This document shows positions 50,596-63,468 of a DNA stretch of 64,000 nt, in pieces (the stretch's first letter is position 1; every line of letters starts with the position of its first letter). This stretch comes from Camelus dromedarius (taxonomy: Eukaryota): contig NC_087436.1 in NCBI RefSeq assembly GCF_036321535.1, forward strand, positions 111,168,001 through 111,232,000, given 5' to 3'. The notes under the pieces were generated by a model. That model did not search any database, had not been told where the DNA came from, and was given only the letters and a program-made list of their open reading frames with translations. The translations under genes were made by a program, and so were the position numbers.

Positions 50596-51246
50596 ATGGG
50601 TCCTAGAAATCCCTCTCCTGACCCCTTATCAGAATCAGAGAGTGAGGAAGAAGAAAATGCTAACTACCTAAATGAGAGCTCTGGGGAAGAGTGGGATTCC
50701 TCTGAAGAAGAGGACCCTGTGGTGCCCAACCTAACACCTCTTGAGAGTCTTGCCTGGCAGGTTAAGTGCCTTTTAAAATATTCTACAACTTGGAAACCTT
50801 TAAATCCTAATTCCTGGTTATATCATGCTAAACTCTTGGATGCCAGCACACCAGTGCACATACTTCGAGAGATAGGTCTAAGACTCTCCCATTGCTCCCA
50901 TTGCGTACCCAAACTGGAACCAATTCCTGAATGGCCTCCTCTGGCTTCTTGTGGAGTCCCGCCTTTTCAAAAGCCCCTTACAAGTCCCAGCCGGCTTTCT
51001 AGAGATCATGCCACTCTAAATGGAGCCCTGCAGTTTGCCACCAAACAGTTAAGCCGAACACTGAGTAGAGCCACTCCCATTCCTGAATACCTAAAACAAA
51101 TTCCCAATTCATGTGTTTCTGGTTGCTGCTGTGGCTGGTTAACTAAAACAGTTAAGGAAACAACCCGCACTGAACCCATCAACACTACTTACTCCTACAC
51201 TGACTTCCAAAAGGCAGTTAACAAACTCCTGACTGCATCACTATAA
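50596..51246 (+). CDS. DCAF16: DDB1- and CUL4-associated factor 16 (216 aa, intronless CDS)
   Basis: MGPRNPSPDPLSESESEEEE...LESLAWQVKCLLKYSTTWKPL...SCVSGCCCGWL...AVNKLLTASL-TAA; intact, and head-to-head with NCAPG as in human. Confidence 0.96.
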   Translation: MGPRNPSPDPLSESESEEEENANYLNESSGEEWDSSEEEDPVVPNLTPLESLAWQVKCLLKYSTTWKPLNPNSWLYHAKLLDASTPVHILREIGLRLSHCSHCVPKLEPIPEWPPLASCGVPPFQKPLTSPSRLSRDHATLNGALQFATKQLSRTLSRATPIPEYLKQIPNSCVSGCCCGWLTKTVKETTRTEPINTTYSYTDFQKAVNKLLTASL

Positions 51247-52931
51247 GGACCCACCATTCCTTCTCATGTCTGTCATGTTGCTGCCTGAGAGAGGAATACA
51301 GTTACACAGCCTGCAGTTGAGAAACTAATGTCTTCTCAACCAAACTGTGCCCCGTCCTGACAAGCTGAAGTACGATCCAGTACTGAATATATACCTGAGA
51401 CTCATGACTCAGCTACAAAAAATGTGCGTTGTGAGCATTCCCTTTCCTTTGAAAGACCCTGTGGATAAGATGAGGACTTCCATAGAGAAATAGTCAAGAG
51501 GGACATTATTACAAAAGACAAGTTGACTATTCTCCACACAATTCTCAACCCAATTTACTCTGCCTAATGGACTAACTAGACATCTAATTATTAATGGGAA
51601 GGAAAAGTAGGCCACTACACTTTTTGTTACCCAACCTTCAGAGTAGCCATTGTGGAAGTGGGAAATTAGGTACTCCCAATGACACCCTTCTGAGAGTACT
51701 TTTCTCTGATACTCATTTCTGGGGAGATAGTTGAATTAAATTGAATAACTAGACAAAAGACAATGGTGGGAATATGGATTTGTCTCCCAGCTTTTATACT
51801 GAGAGGCCTACATATGGCGCCCCCTAGGGATTCCAACTTTGTGAGGGAGTGCGGTGCTGTGGTAGTAGCCTGCACTGCCCCAGGCCTGTTACGGTGCCTG
51901 CAATTACAGCATGAACATTTTATGTCATAGGCTCTAGCTAAACTGGTTTATAAGATCATACCTGCGGATTAAACAGACACCTGCTTTGTAGGGCATATAT
52001 TTCCTGCTTCTTGGCACCCAGACTTTAGTCAAGAGCAAATAAAACACATACCAAGAGACCAGTGGGAAAGGATTAAGAGCAGTTATGCTTTCAGTATTAA
52101 CTGTTAGTGGATTAAAGCATTTAATCTGTATGATGTTTCCTGGAGCAGTACTTTATGCACTTTCCGTATCCGTTGCAAACTTCAGGAACCCTTCTAACTT
52201 TAAAGAACCTTACTGCAGAAATCTCAGCCTAATACAATCTGAAGTTAAAGAGTTTTTTAGCATCATTGTTTTTCTATATCTAGCTTTTTTTTTTTCTGGC
52301 TGAATAGAAAGTGTATGTAACCTTGTAAATGAGTCTTGCTGTGTTTATTTAGATGAATCAAAACATAGAAATCAACATACATAAAATGCATGAGACCAGT
52401 CTTTTCACTCACCTGCTATAAAGAGTGAAACCTGTGTGTGATCCTAGTTGACTGGACGTCTAAAGGGAATCATAAAATAGATTGTTAAAGATATATCATA
52501 TATCCCCTTCCTTATTTTAGTTTTGCTTTCTCCTGTTCTCCATAATTAAGTGCTGTATACAATGTGGCATCAAAAAATTGAAGCATTAATGGAATCACAA
52601 ATTCTATACATGTATAGCAACTTCAAGGAGAGAGAATGTTTATAACCTAATGATTAATTTCTGCTGAGCCTTAGTTGTCTTAAGGAAAAAGGAGGGAATT
52701 GTAGTAGGTAGAAAAAATATTTGTTAATGGAAAATAACTGAACTGAAACCATATAATGTTAGTGTAACTGAATGTATCAGAAGCTGTTCCTATGTATATG
52801 TTCTATGGCATTGGTTTCTAAAATGTTACAAGACTCTGTTTCTTTTTTTTAAGGGGGAGGTGGGAAGAGTTAGGGAGATCTGAAAATTAAAATATGTTGA
52901 TGTTTATGTAGCCATAATATGTTCCTTTTTC

Positions 52932-52954
52932 TGTGTGTGTGTGTGTGTGTGTGT
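52932..52954. repeat. (TG)n microsatellite
   Basis: Read directly from the sequence. Confidence 0.9.
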
Positions 52955-53534
52955 CAAAGTGCCTTGCTCATGAACACATTTTTTCTGTTCACTCCAAGAG
53001 GAAGACTTTCCCCACCTTCCCAGCTGAATAAACCAACAGCTTTGTACGTGCTAAACAGAGTATGGTCATTTGTTCTTAACAAATGAAATAGATTCTGCTT
53101 TGCTTAAGGCATATTCAGCATTCACTAAGTGCTGCATAGAGCCCATAGATAAACAGTGCTTCTGATAGGAGGTGACTTGGCAGCTCTAGAAAAGAAACAT
53201 ACTTGAAAAAGAAAGTGTCAGATGTTCAGTGAAGATCCAGATTTGAACCCATGTTTGTGTATGTTAAGTAATTCCAGGTTACACAAAATGATAGGTACCT
53301 GAATAAGCCTTAACCCTTTGCTGCTTTTTGTGTGCCATGGGTGTGTGGCTAGGGGTGAATTTACCACTTTCACACCCGGCCTATGTGAGCTTTTGTTTAA
53401 ATGCAGTCACCATAGGTAGGATAAAGAAGGATGAGTTTATTCTCTATTTATTGAAATACTTATCAAAGGAGTAAGGAAACAAGTGGACATCAGTGTTATA
53501 CTTAAAGGTATTATTCTCTCAGTGCAAATAGGCA

Positions 53535-53588
53535 GCCTCTTTTTGTTGAAGCAGTCCAGATGCCTCTTTTTGTTGAAGCAGTCCAGAT
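53535..53588. repeat. Perfect 27-bp tandem duplication
   Basis: gcctctttttgttgaagcagtccagat x2. Confidence 0.95.
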
Positions 53589-53858
53589 ACCTTGAGCCCA
53601 GAAGACCATAATCATGTTTTTTTAAGCCCATCAGCTTTCTAAGAGAAGGAAAAAAATCTGGACATGGCAGGAGGAGGGTCGATGTTAGGTCACCTTTAGG
53701 GAATTATCTTGCTGGGGCTCCTATCACAAGTATCCATCTAAAAATTTTTCTCTTTTGGAAACAGTGTTTGTTATTACAGTAGATTGTTAAAGCAGCTAGG
53801 AGTTTAGAAGTCATTTGGATTGTTTTCTTACTGATAATATAAATTCTCTTACATCTCT

Positions 53859-53864
53859 AATAAA
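53859..53864 (+). terminator. DCAF16: Candidate distal DCAF16 polyA signal (alternatives at 52038 and 53027)
   Basis: AATAAA followed by T/GT-rich sequence near the end of the repeat-free 3' region. Confidence 0.4.
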
Positions 53865-55044
53865 TGATTTTCTACTTTTGGCTCCATTGTTAGAGAACTC
53901 AGTGTCTTTTGGAGCAGCCCATTAATTTTAAATAGAAATTCAGTCATCCGTCTAATAGCATTATGGAGTGCCTACTATAATCCAGACAGTGGGAGTGCAA
54001 AATTAAATAAGATACCCTATGTAAGAAATTAGTTTTAAAATTCATTGAATCAACATGAATTACCCCCAATGCTTTTGGCCATTGATGCCATTTCTGAGCT
54101 AGGGTCACAGTAAATAAGCTTACTCTTTATACTGGCCCTTACATGTTTGAAAATGAGGCAGCGATCCAAGTGTAGTGGAAATTCACATGGAGAGCACATT
54201 CCAACAATTAAACCCCACAAGAGGTAATCAGCTAAGGGAATGCATAAAATTAGTATTTTATGCACAGATTTAAGTTGTATATACTAAATGGTACACAAAG
54301 ATCAGGGCCAGAGTGTTTTGTTCATATGACTGGGGTATATATAAAAGTCTGAAAAATCTGGATGGCTTCTCAGAATTCATGAGACAATTTTGTACAAGTT
54401 CCTGGCATGTAAGTCTACCAATTAGCAGTGTCCATTGGATTCAGGGAAATTGAAGGAGCTACACTAACTGACACCAACCACCAGGTATTCCTTCTGTGTC
54501 TACTTGCTTTTATTAAAAGGAAAATCTATGATGTATCTTTGCCAATGTTGATCAGAGTTTAGTTTATGGCTACACGTTTGAGTCTGATCATTGTATACTG
54601 TCTTCTCAGCTCCTATTGGTGGCAGCAGTAGGATTATGTACTGTAAAATTTTTGGAAATGAGAGTAAGAAAAGGGTAAGGGTTTCTGACACTTGCTGGCT
54701 GCCAGCTTCTCTTAGCTATGAGAACTATGGCTCTTCTCAGTATGGTATGGAAAAAGAAGACTTGATTTAAAAATGATTTAAGATAACAATGTAGCAGGCA
54801 GTCAATGCTGGAGTTGTTCTACTTTGTGGAGTCAGCTTAAAATGTTAGCCACAGTATAGGACTGGAACATAAAACAATAAGTTGACTGGAATTTGGGCAG
54901 TTAACTTGGGAAGAAACAGATGACCCTGATACGTGACATGAAAATTCCTGAAATCATTTAGAAAGTTATGCTCTATTCCCTGGAGTAGGATATAACCAGT
55001 ATTCATCTAGGAGACCAGATCCTGGTCAGCCTAACAAGATTAAA

Positions 55045-55273
55045 ATTTAGGAATTTGGGATTAACATGTACTACCATATATAAAATATATAACCAATGAA
55101 GACCTACTGTATAGTACAGGGAACTATACGCAGTATCTTGTAATAACCCATAATGGAAAAGAATCTAAAAAAGAATGTGTGTATATGTGTGTGTGTGTAT
55201 AACTGAATCACTTTGCTGTACACCTGAAACTAAAACAGCATTGTAAATCAAGTATATTTCAAATTTTAAAAAA
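55045..55273 (+). mobile_element. L1 3'-terminal fragment (ungulate-type tail)
   Basis: gacctactgtatagtacagggaactat...aactgaatcactttgctgtacacctgaaactaa...aaaaaa. Confidence 0.8.
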
Positions 55274-55883
55274 TCTGCTCCTAGTATACACAGAAATTGA
55301 TGCCAACAGAAGCCAGATGAAGCAGTCTTATAATGAATATTGCAGCTTATAAATTAAGGGGCTGGTAATATTTTATTTGGGGAAAACTATTATGTTTGGG
55401 TTAACTGCTAAACCCATGCTTAATGCTACCCTTCCATCCATGGTGTCAGCCTATGAGACCTAACACTTCAGTATATCCAATACATATTAACTAGGCAATG
55501 GTCTGGTAGGGACAACTTCATTTGGGAGATATGCAGATAATTGGAATAGTCCAAGGGTGTGACCATCTTCCATCAACAAAGACCCTAGTTGGCTTCATGA
55601 TTATACCCTGAGCAACCAAAATGGCTTGATAGAGTGGCAGAACTCTGGTGACACAATTAAAGGGCCAACTACTCTATGTACAGAGTTCCTGTATTAGTAG
55701 GAAGCATTAGTGTTAGGCACAGCCAAGTGAGTATACATGGGGTTGCCCCTGGCTACCTGCCTGATAGTAATACAGATTTTCCTGGTGGCTTGACTAGCTT
55801 TGGTCCAGATGCCAGTTTCCTTTAAACCCAGCTTTTTTATGTTGGTCACTTTCTACTTATGGTACATTATTTTTTTAAATGTG

Positions 55884-56036
55884 TTGGATTGCCAGATTTA
55901 GCAAATAAAAATACAGGATGCCCAAATAAATTCGAGTTTCAAATAAACAATGAAATATGGGCCATACTTACACTAAAAAAAAAATTACCTGAAATTCAAA
56001 CTTATCTGACATCTCATATTTTATCTGGCAACCCTA
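55884..56036. mobile_element. MER53-like palindromic hAT MITE with perfect 8-bp TSD
   Basis: TIRs ttggattgccagat / atctggcaacccta; taaatgtg at 55876-55883 and 56037-56044. Confidence 0.88.
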
Positions 56037-56559
56037 TAAATGTGTTAGTAACATTGGTTAAGATTGGACTGTAGTCATGTAGTTGTTCCCAGGGAACAGT
56101 CTGGTTCTTTCCGTCATGTGTTGTTTTCTTACCTGCAAGTACTTGATGTAGGGAGAAGGAGGGTAACGCAGAGTTGAGCCAAGGTTAGAACTGTTACTAA
56201 GAGATGAAAGAGGAAGTGCAATTGCAGATATGAGAGTTTTTATAGAAGAGACTCTGTCTTTGGTTAAAATCGTCACATAGCCATCCATTAAAACATTTCC
56301 AGACGTACAGATTTTGAAAATGATGTCCCAGTGATAGGTAATTTGAGGGTTGTTTATTGTTTTTTGTCTGTGTGTATTTTAAGCAATTACTTTCTCATTC
56401 TCTTTTACCATGAAGGAAAGGATTAAGTGCATTACTTCTTTTAATTTTTATTTTTTTAATACTTGACAAGTGGCACAGTTCTCACAGCCATTCTTCATCA
56501 CAGAAAAGATCCACAAATTTGGAACACCTGTCTTTTCCTTCCAGAACCACCCCCCACCA

Positions 56560-58000
56560 AAGACTCAAGGATTTGTAGGCACAAGATATCCTGGAAGGTG
56601 GGGTTAAGGACTAAAGCTGAGAACAAGGGGATTATTTTGAAGTTTATTTTTGCTCTCCCTTTGTAGCCAGGCAGTTTTCCCTTCCTTTTTCTAGAGAAGA
56701 ATGGAGGCTTATTTGCTGGAGAAATTGAACCAAACAGATTAGAACTGGGACCTGGGGGAGAGTGGTGCCAGTAAGTGAGGTGCTATACTGAAAGCAGGAT
56801 GACTCAGAGTATTCTGAACATTATGAGTCTTCAGTCCCCTTTCACCATCTTGCTATAGAATCTGGCAGCTAAGCATATCCCCAGCCCTGCCCAGCCCATC
56901 TAGAAAGATGAACAATTTGAAAAACAGCTTGCCACTTGGTCATTTGTTGCAATGAAACCCAGAATCCACAAGCCCTGCTCATTCAAACATGGCTTTCAGT
57001 CCCTTGAGCTGATAGCCAAGGGTCACTAGACATTCGAAAATACCTTCAACAATAAAAGGTGAAGACTGAAACAATTACAAGTACCTGGAAAAAAACTGAA
57101 AATAAGGTGGAGAACATAAAACTCCCAGGGATGCTATAATATTCTCAGAAAAAAAGAAATACATTGCATCCATGAATTAAGAACAAAAATCCTATAAAAA
57201 AAGAATAAGAGTATTGGAAAAATAGGAGAACCAGAATTAAATATGAAATAGATGTGTTGAAATTTAAGTTGAAGAAAGTGTAGAAAATAGAACAAAAAAG
57301 CAGAGATGAAAAATAGCAAAGAACAAAAAAGATAAGTAAAAGATCAGAATGGGATGCAACATCTGATTAATAAGATCTCTAAAATGAGAGAACAGAGAAA
57401 GGAGGTGAAGAGGAAAAATTAAAGAACATCTCCCCAGAATGTAGGACATGAGTCTCCTAAATTAAAAGGATCCACTGAGTGCCCAGGACAATGAATTTAA
57501 AAAAACAAACAAAAACCCACAAAGGCATATGATGATATTTCAGGATGCCAGAGTTAAAGAAGATCTAAAAGTTTCCACGGTGGGAAAACAAGGGTTACGT
57601 AAAAGGATGTTTTCAGAATGGCATTTTGACTCCTCGGTAGCAACACTAGAAGATGCTAGAAGACTATTAAAGCAAGGCCTTCAAATCTAAGAGGAAAAAT
57701 TATTTCCAATCTAGTGTTCTGTCCAGAATCATAGACAATCCAGTGAAGTATGGGGCTAAAATAAAGGTTAGACTGGCACAGTCTCAAAATTTTATCTTAC
57801 CATGTACCCTTTCTTAGGAGGCTACTGGAGGATGTACTTCACCAAAACAAAGGAGTAATCTAAGTAAGAAGGCATGGGACCCTGAAAATATAAGATCTCA
57901 CAAAGGAATGCAATGAAGGAAGGTCCCAGGATGACTACTGTGTCAAGTAAGTAGAGCGGGGGTTTCAGGAAGTATTTCTAGGAAACTTGGAACAAAGTGT
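56560..58000 (+). mobile_element. Ancient L1/HAL1-like ORF1 region
   Basis: A-rich; tcagaatggcattttgactcctcggtagcaacactagaagatgctagaagac resembles the IR-xx-DFS...ARR region of ORF1. Confidence 0.55.
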
Positions 58001-58859
58001 TTAAGTACATAGGAAGTGTAGAAAGAAGTGCAACAGAGGTTGGGATAAGAGAAAAAAAAAAAAAAAGAAAAGAAGTACAAGAGTAACTAGATTAATGATA
58101 AAATGAAGCAATTAGAAGTACCCCAAATACATCTTTTTGGATGAGTGTCACTGTGTCACACACACACAAAAAAAAAAATCTGAGATTTTATTTCTTAAAA
58201 TGTAATCATTTTATTACAATTTTGGTAGTCATATTTTAGAAGTTTGACATTAAAACTGTAGGAAAATTGTAGGATTGTCAGCAATTAGAGTACTCCTTCA
58301 GGCATCATACTCCAGTTTCAATAGATGCTCACCTTCAATAAGATGTGCACTGGAGAAAATTTTTTCAGAAAAAATAGTTTTAAGTAACTTGTTTTGTAAA
58401 TGGAACTTTGTCCTTTGCTTAGGCAAATCTCAAAATTTTTTATTTAAAAGAAATGTTGCATAATCTATAGCAGTAATTTCAATAAGCTTTTCATTTAAAT
58501 TTTAGCCTCTGTAGACTCAAAAGCATAAGGAATTATTTATTTCTTTAGAAATAATACTTTGAAATTTCATATTGTTTTTCATCTTCCAAACTGTTTTTGC
58601 TATCAAGATATAGTTGTATCCAGTGACCAGTGACCAGTGGCCAGGGCCATAATATATTCCCATATAACACTTTAGATTTTTTTCCCTATGTGTTATGATT
58701 GAGGTTTCTTCCTGTACTCTGTTTCTATAAATATTATATAACCTAAGAATAAATTTTGATCTAATTGTATATGATTCTGTGCGGTGATGTGTCTTTTCTC
58801 TATCATCAGATCTACTGAGTAAACCATCCCAGGCCAACTTGTCCATCTGCTTTTTTTTT

Positions 58860-59990
58860 TGAGCATGGAAAATATACCTACAGTACAATACATAAAATGC
58901 AACAATCACAAGTGTACTTGATTTTTCACATAACGTACACTCACATATTTAATTGTATAGACTCAAATTAAAGTACAAAAAAATTCCGGATTCCCTAGTG
59001 CCCTTCCCCTGTTTATACCTCCCCCCAAAATAACCACTCTTCCCTTCTGAAGATCAGTCTTGCTTGTATTGTTTTGTGCTTGGCTTCTTTCATCAACATA
59101 ATACCTGTGATTCATCCAGGTGTTTGTATGTATCCATGGTTCGGTTTTTTGTAACTGCTGTAGATTATTCCATTGTAAAAATATGCCATATTTCTCATTT
59201 ATCCATTTACCTGTTAGATAACATTTTAGTTCTTTGTGATTTGTGGCTGTTACAAATAAAGCTGCACTAAATATTCTTCTGTGTTTTTGTGAGTGTGTGC
59301 ACCCATTCCTCTTGGGTACACACCTAGGAGTCAAACTGCTGTGTCATAGGGTAGGTGTATATTTACTTTTAGTAAAGCTACCAAGCACATTCCAAAGTGA
59401 TTGTATCACTTTACGTTCCCACTACCAATGTATGAAATTTCCAGTGGTTCCACATCTTTACTAACACTTCCTGTTGTCAGTCCCTAATTTTACCTATGCT
59501 GATATGGTACAGTAGTATCTCATTGTGGCTTTAATTTATATTTCCATGATTTGCAGTGGAAATCTTTTCATGTGCTTATTGGCCATTCAGATACCTCTTT
59601 TAAAGCTAGTTATTCAAGTCCTTTGCCCACTTATAAATTAATCTATCTTTTTCTTATTGATTTGTTTTCTGTATACTTTGTTCTTTATATACTTTGTATG
59701 CAGGGTTGTTCATCAGGTATATGCGTGTGTCATAAATATCTTATGCCAGTCTATGCCTTGTCCTTTTACTTTCTTAATGGTATATTATGAGTAGAAGTTT
59801 ACATTTTTATGAAATCCAGTTTATCAGTTTTTTTTTCTCCATTATGGCTAGTGCTTTAACAACTCTTTGCCAACCTGAATGTTATGAAGACATTCTTCTA
59901 TGTTGTTTTTTAAAGAAGCCTTATTGTTTTAGCTTTCACTTTGAAGTCTGCTCCATCTCAATTAATTTTGTGAATGATATGAAATAGAAG
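58860..59990 (-). mobile_element. Old L1 (L1MC/ME-like) 3' portion
   Basis: Antisense L1 motifs: acacctaggagtcaaactgctgtgtcatagggtagg, agtagtatctcattgtggctttaattt. Confidence 0.75.
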
Positions 59991-60634
59991 AGGAGTTGTC
60001 TTTATTAAAATATTCTTACTACAACTGATATTTTGAAATTTAATTAGTGAGAACAATATTTTAGGTATCTCATTTTTCTCTAGTACATCTTCCTTTTCTT
60101 CATATGCTTTATATTTATTTTATTCAGGTTAAAGGTCATTTATCATAGATATGGTTTATAATCTATGGAGTTTGTCCTTTACATAAAATTCGACATAGGC
60201 GAGTTGACATTCTGTTTTTCCATTATCCTCAAGAGACTGAAGAATTCCCAAACTGGACTTTTTCTTGAAAATTAATTATCTAAATGGTATAAAATAACTA
60301 AAAATCAAATAACAGTTCTTTGCTTAAAATTTTGAATGTTAGTGTACCAATTCTACAACTATTGGAATTATAAATAATTCAATCTATTATTCTGCAATAT
60401 AATGCTATTTAAACGTTTTTATATGTTTTACACATTTAAGGTATTCTTCTAGACATCATCTAGTCTAGTATTTATATTTATGTATTTCCCTATTATTCAA
60501 CTGCCAGAAAATTCTCAATATCTGTTTTTGTACATGAAATGAATAGTTTTCAAATCAATTATTTGCAATACTTTACTTTTTTAATACATACACATCCATA
60601 TTTTGGCTGATTAATAGACTTTCAGTGCATAAAG

Positions 60635-60765
60635 TACATTCATTCAGTTGGTCATTCAGCAACTATTTACTGAGCACTTACAGGGTGCCAAGTACTATTC
60701 TAAGCACTAGGACTTAAGCAGTCAACAAAATGGACAAATTTCTGCCTTCATGGAGCTTACAGTTA
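60635..60765 (-). mobile_element. L2 3' end
   Basis: cattcattcag...tatttactgagcactta...ctgccttcatggagcttacag. Confidence 0.75.
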
Positions 60766-63079
60766 ACTATGATTTTTTACTCCAGTTTACATGTCAAACG
60801 TCTACCTGTATGAGAAAGTGAATATTCAGATATTTACAATAAATGTGAATTATTTGCAGTAGATAATTCTATATCTATCATATTGTGTGCTCCCCTTTTC
60901 ATACTGCAGAGTTCTTAGGAGAAATTGCCACCCAGCCAGGAATTATATTTCCCAGACCCCCTTATACCTTAATCAGTTCTTGCCTATAATCACCTCTTGC
61001 CAATAGAATGGCAACAGAGTTGGTGTGTCAATTCCAGGCCCCAAGGTATTTTAGAAGTGGATATACCTTCTCTGTACTCTTTTTCCTCTTTTGCTGGCTG
61101 GATGCAGATGACTACATGGTCCTAGAGGATCTTAGTTGGTTGCTGAATCAAAGTTTGGAGATGTCTGCTGTCTCCATGGGAGCTCAGAGAGCATCTCTGA
61201 CAGGAGCTGTCAGGTCAGGGCTCCCTCTGAAGTGCAATTTGAGCTGAGACTTGAAGGCTAATAGGATTTGAATAGGAGAGAGGATGAGGGGGACATTTAT
61301 AAAGCAAGATGGCATACAGGGAACTGACAGGGATTGTTTGGGAGAATATAGAATTCTGAAAATAAGGTCTGGTACCACCCACAACAGCATCACTGAAGTG
61401 ATCGTTTAAATTGCCTTACTCAGATCTACTACTAAGTCAAAACTTCTTATGTGGGGAGTCAGAAATACTCGTTTTTATCAAGGTCATGATAATTTTTATA
61501 TTTACCAAAATTTGAGAAGTTCTAAATCCAAATCAATATTCTAGATGATAACTTGGATTTGTACTGCAGAGACACCACAGATAATCTAAAGAGCAGTGGT
61601 CAATTCCAGAAAGGGAAATTGAGAAACAGCGTGGCTAGGTTGAAATATTCAAACATGGGCCATCCCTATTACCAATACTTAATTCAGTTAAAAAAAATTT
61701 TAGTTTCCATTAAGTAGAGAGCACTCTACTGCTGTGTAATAAAGAGAATTTAAAAGCTTCAGTTCCATTCCTTTTTCCAGTGTTAGAGAGTTCTATTGTT
61801 TAGTTACCTTTGAACTCTAGAAAAAGTCAGAAAGGCAATAGTATTGAGCTGCCAACTTCATTTTCTTCCTGTTTAAGGTAAAGTGAAATGTACTTTGCAA
61901 ATTGGCTGTTCAATGTTTCGGGTAAAGACTGCTTGGCCATTAACTGCTCTTAGCCCATATACTCTTTTTTATCCCTATGTTTCACACCTCTGTTCCCACT
62001 AACAGGATTTTAAGGAATGATGTTGAAAAATATGACTACCAGTGGTAAAGTTCCTACACTCATATTGCCCACAAGCTGTTTCCAGAACAACCCGTGGGGC
62101 TCATGGTGATCATATTAATATTTAATATAATCTGGCTAAAATTTTGCCACAAAACATTTTATTCGAAAATGTCATGTTCCACGGTGTGATGTTGATATAC
62201 TGTAATCTCAGTGCTAATGTTGCTGTTTGGGGGTTTTGGGTTTTATTTTCCTCCTATGGAGATGAGATGGAAAACCTATTACTAGGCTACCTGTAATGAA
62301 ACCCTCATACTAGGTAATATATGTTAGGATTACAATAAAAGCTTAGTGCCAGTTTAAGCTGTGTGTTCATTTCTTGCATTCTTCAGCTCAAAAAGGGATA
62401 TTTGACATAAAACTTTAGTTTTAAAAATGAATTATGACATAGGTGCTGCACCGAAATGCAGAGCCATGAGAGCATATTTTAGGCACATGCAAGCTAGTCT
62501 GAAAGATCAGGAGGAATAAGGCAAAGGAGTTAAGTGAAATAGTCAAGAGTGTGATCTTGTTTTTAGATGAATAGTAGAAGTATCTTAGTAATAACAGTAA
62601 CAATAGAGTTGCCCATGCAACTTGACTGATTAGGAAAGAAAATTCCAAAGCAAAGGATAAAAGATTACCTTAGTAAATTTCTACTGAAGAAATCACCTAA
62701 GGCAGCATTTGGATGATCAGTGTGGTAAAGATGAATTATTCAATACCTGTCGGGGCAACTGCTTAGCCATCTGGAAAAACATAAGCTTGGATTCCAACCT
62801 CACTGCATATAGCAACATGAATCCCAGCTAGTTCAAAAACGTAAACATTTAAGAAAAATAAAACCATAAAAGTGCTAGGAGAAACTAATCTTGGACGGGG
62901 AAGGCCTAGATTCTAAGCATAATGCAAAAGCCAGAAAGTGTAAGAGAAAAGATCAGTGGATTCAAAATATTTGTAGAGCATAAGAAAGCTAAAATAAATG
63001 ACTAACTGGGGGAAATATTTGTAATACGGATGATAAGCAAAGTGCTAAAAGCCCCTACAAAGAAAGATCTTGTAATAAG

Positions 63080-63468
63080 GGTTAAAAATGATTAAAGAAG
63101 ACAATTTAGGTGATACAAACAAACTTTAGTACTTTATGAAGTGGAGAGTCTCCATTCAGAGGCTGTAAAATGGGGTGAAAGACAGGAAGCTTTTATAGGA
63201 TAAAGAATAAAGAACAAGGAAGAGAAAATTAGAAAATATCTGATTGGCTGATGCCACCTCACAACCTTGTTTGGAGTAAGAAGGAACAAGGAACTAAGTA
63301 TAGAGCTCAGAGTTGGCTTGGCATTTGGGGATTGGCTGACTGGATATCCTGTATTTCTGATCACACAGAGCATTTACAGGGACACAAAAGTTACCTCAGT
63401 CTTGGTTTGCTGATGTGGCATCCTGCATAGTAATGGCTTCATCTTGGGCCTAAAAGATTATTTTAACA
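63080..63468 (-). mobile_element. Solo ERV1-like LTR inserted in an old L1, with 4-bp TSD
   Basis: Termini ggttaaaa...ttttaaca, flanked by taag (63076-63079 and 63469-63472); CCAAT (attgg) and TATAAAA (ttttata) on the minus strand in LTR order. Confidence 0.65.
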
